In this document: positions 25,454 through 26,179 of the stretch, one piece after another
Layout: each line of letters opens with the position of its first letter
How positions within the stretch are numbered: the first letter of the stretch is position 1
Origin: Deltaproteobacteria bacterium
GTDB taxonomy: Bacteria > Desulfobacterota > GWC2-55-46 > DRQE01
Assembly: GCA_016219165.1 (NCBI GenBank)
Contig: JACRCB010000013.1
Span: 1-26,179, forward strand
Direction: 5' to 3'
Length of the DNA: 26,179 bases
The notes under the pieces: model-generated
The model's input: the letters and a program-made list of their open reading frames with translations, nothing else
Database searches by the model: none
Told to the model about the DNA's origin: nothing
Made by a program: the position numbers and the translations under genes

Positions 25454-25819
25454 CTATCTTAAAAGCTCCTCTCTAACGGTTTTTGCCGCCTTGCCCGCAA
25501 GATACCTTGCCCTTCCCAAAACCGCATCCCCTGAAACCACGAACGCAAGAAAGTAATCCGGAGATACAAGCCTCATTATAACCCTGCTATTCCCGGATAA
25601 TACCACAATCTCCTCAACCTCCCCGAGATTCAAAACCATGGAGGCCTTCCTTATCTCCCCCAGCACATTCCCGTACTCGACCCCCAATGCTTCGATATCG
25701 CAGACGGAACCCTCTTTTACATAATCCTCGACCGTAATGCCGTCCATTTCCATTATTGTGCCGGCATATCCCCCTGCGACCCCCTTGACCATATCTTTCA
25801 ATATCTTCTTGAATCCCAT
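25454..25819 (-). CDS. mglC: Roadblock/LC7 protein, MglC-like
   Basis: M.F...L...V..V.G..A...M..DGI.V N-terminus and MRLVSPDYFL, G..RY motifs as recalled from Myxococcus MglC; upstream of accB/accC and an SgmX-like gene. Confidence 0.75.
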   Translation of the reverse strand: MGFKKILKDMVKGVAGGYAGTIMEMDGITVEDYVKEGSVCDIEALGVEYGNVLGEIRKASMVLNLGEVEEIVVLSGNSRVIMRLVSPDYFLAFVVSGDAVLGRARYLAGKAAKTVREELLR

Positions 25820-25868
25820 ATTGCGCTCGTTACCCGCGCTTGCGGAAAAATCCGCAAGGTTCCTCTAA

Positions 25869-26078
25869 TTATCTCTTTTTATTGAAAACGCTTCTTTTCC
25901 ATGCGATTTCCTTAAGACTTTTCACCTTTTCCCTCAAAGACGGGTCTTCCGGACTCGAATCCGAAAGGATCTTGTAGATTGCGAGGGCATCCTCCATGCA
26001 CCCCTGTCTTTCGAGCACCTCGGCCATGGAGCGGGTGAAAAAAATATCGTCCTTGACGTTCAACTTAAACCTTTCCAT
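25869..26078 (-). CDS. Small single-TPR-like hypothetical protein (69 aa)
   Basis: FFTRSMAEVLERQGCMEDALAIYKILSDSSPEDPSLREK has a TPR-type pattern (A.V...QG..E.A..IY......P). Start ATG 26078 or 26102. Confidence 0.6.
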   Translation of the reverse strand: MERFKLNVKDDIFFTRSMAEVLERQGCMEDALAIYKILSDSSPEDPSLREKVKSLKEIAWKRSVFNKKR

Positions 26079-26114
26079 AGCCGGTAAGCCCGCTGAGTTC
26101 AAAAGTTGAAACCT

Positions 26115-26179
26115 CTGAAAAAAGCATTTTTGGGGGAAACTTTCTGTAGAAAAGTTTCCCCCAAACCCCTTTCAAAGAC
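26115..26179. repeat. Family I unit, cut by the window end
   Basis: Perfect 15-bp stem TTTGGGGGAAACTTT (26129-26143)/AAAGTTTCCCCCAAA (26151-26165), then CCCCTTTCAAAGAC; collinear with both arms of 1516-1794. Confidence 0.85.

Overview
Mostly housekeeping DNA, almost all on the minus strand. Gene order resembles Geobacter-type deltaproteobacteria (Desulfobacterota-like; taxonomy is inference). In the direction of transcription (right to left): small TPR-like protein, MglC-like roadblock protein, Xaa-Pro peptidase, accB, accC, lipoate ligase, SgmX-like TPR protein, tRNA nucleotidyltransferase (probably CC-adding) and cyclophilin. Next come a plus-strand triple-BON gene, divergently transcribed from a two-cytochrome operon (SoxA/TsdA-like monoheme plus diheme class I), then rimP-nusA-infB-DUF503-rbfA-nrnA-truB-rpsO-pnp-M16 peptidase-orphan OmpR regulator-glcD-glcF-GH57 (partial). 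Unusual points: (1) at least nine gene junctions carry palindromic mosaic elements from two repeat families, with 17-26 bp cassettes nested inside each other and shared between unrelated stems, and no transposase in view; (2) glcF has an in-frame TAA but an intact downstream tail; (3) a putative His/Cys-ligated SoxA-like cytochrome lacks the catalytic Arg; (4) an MglC plus SgmX-like polarity module. No tRNA, rRNA, CRISPR array or transposase was seen. All family calls come from motif recognition by eye, not from database searches.
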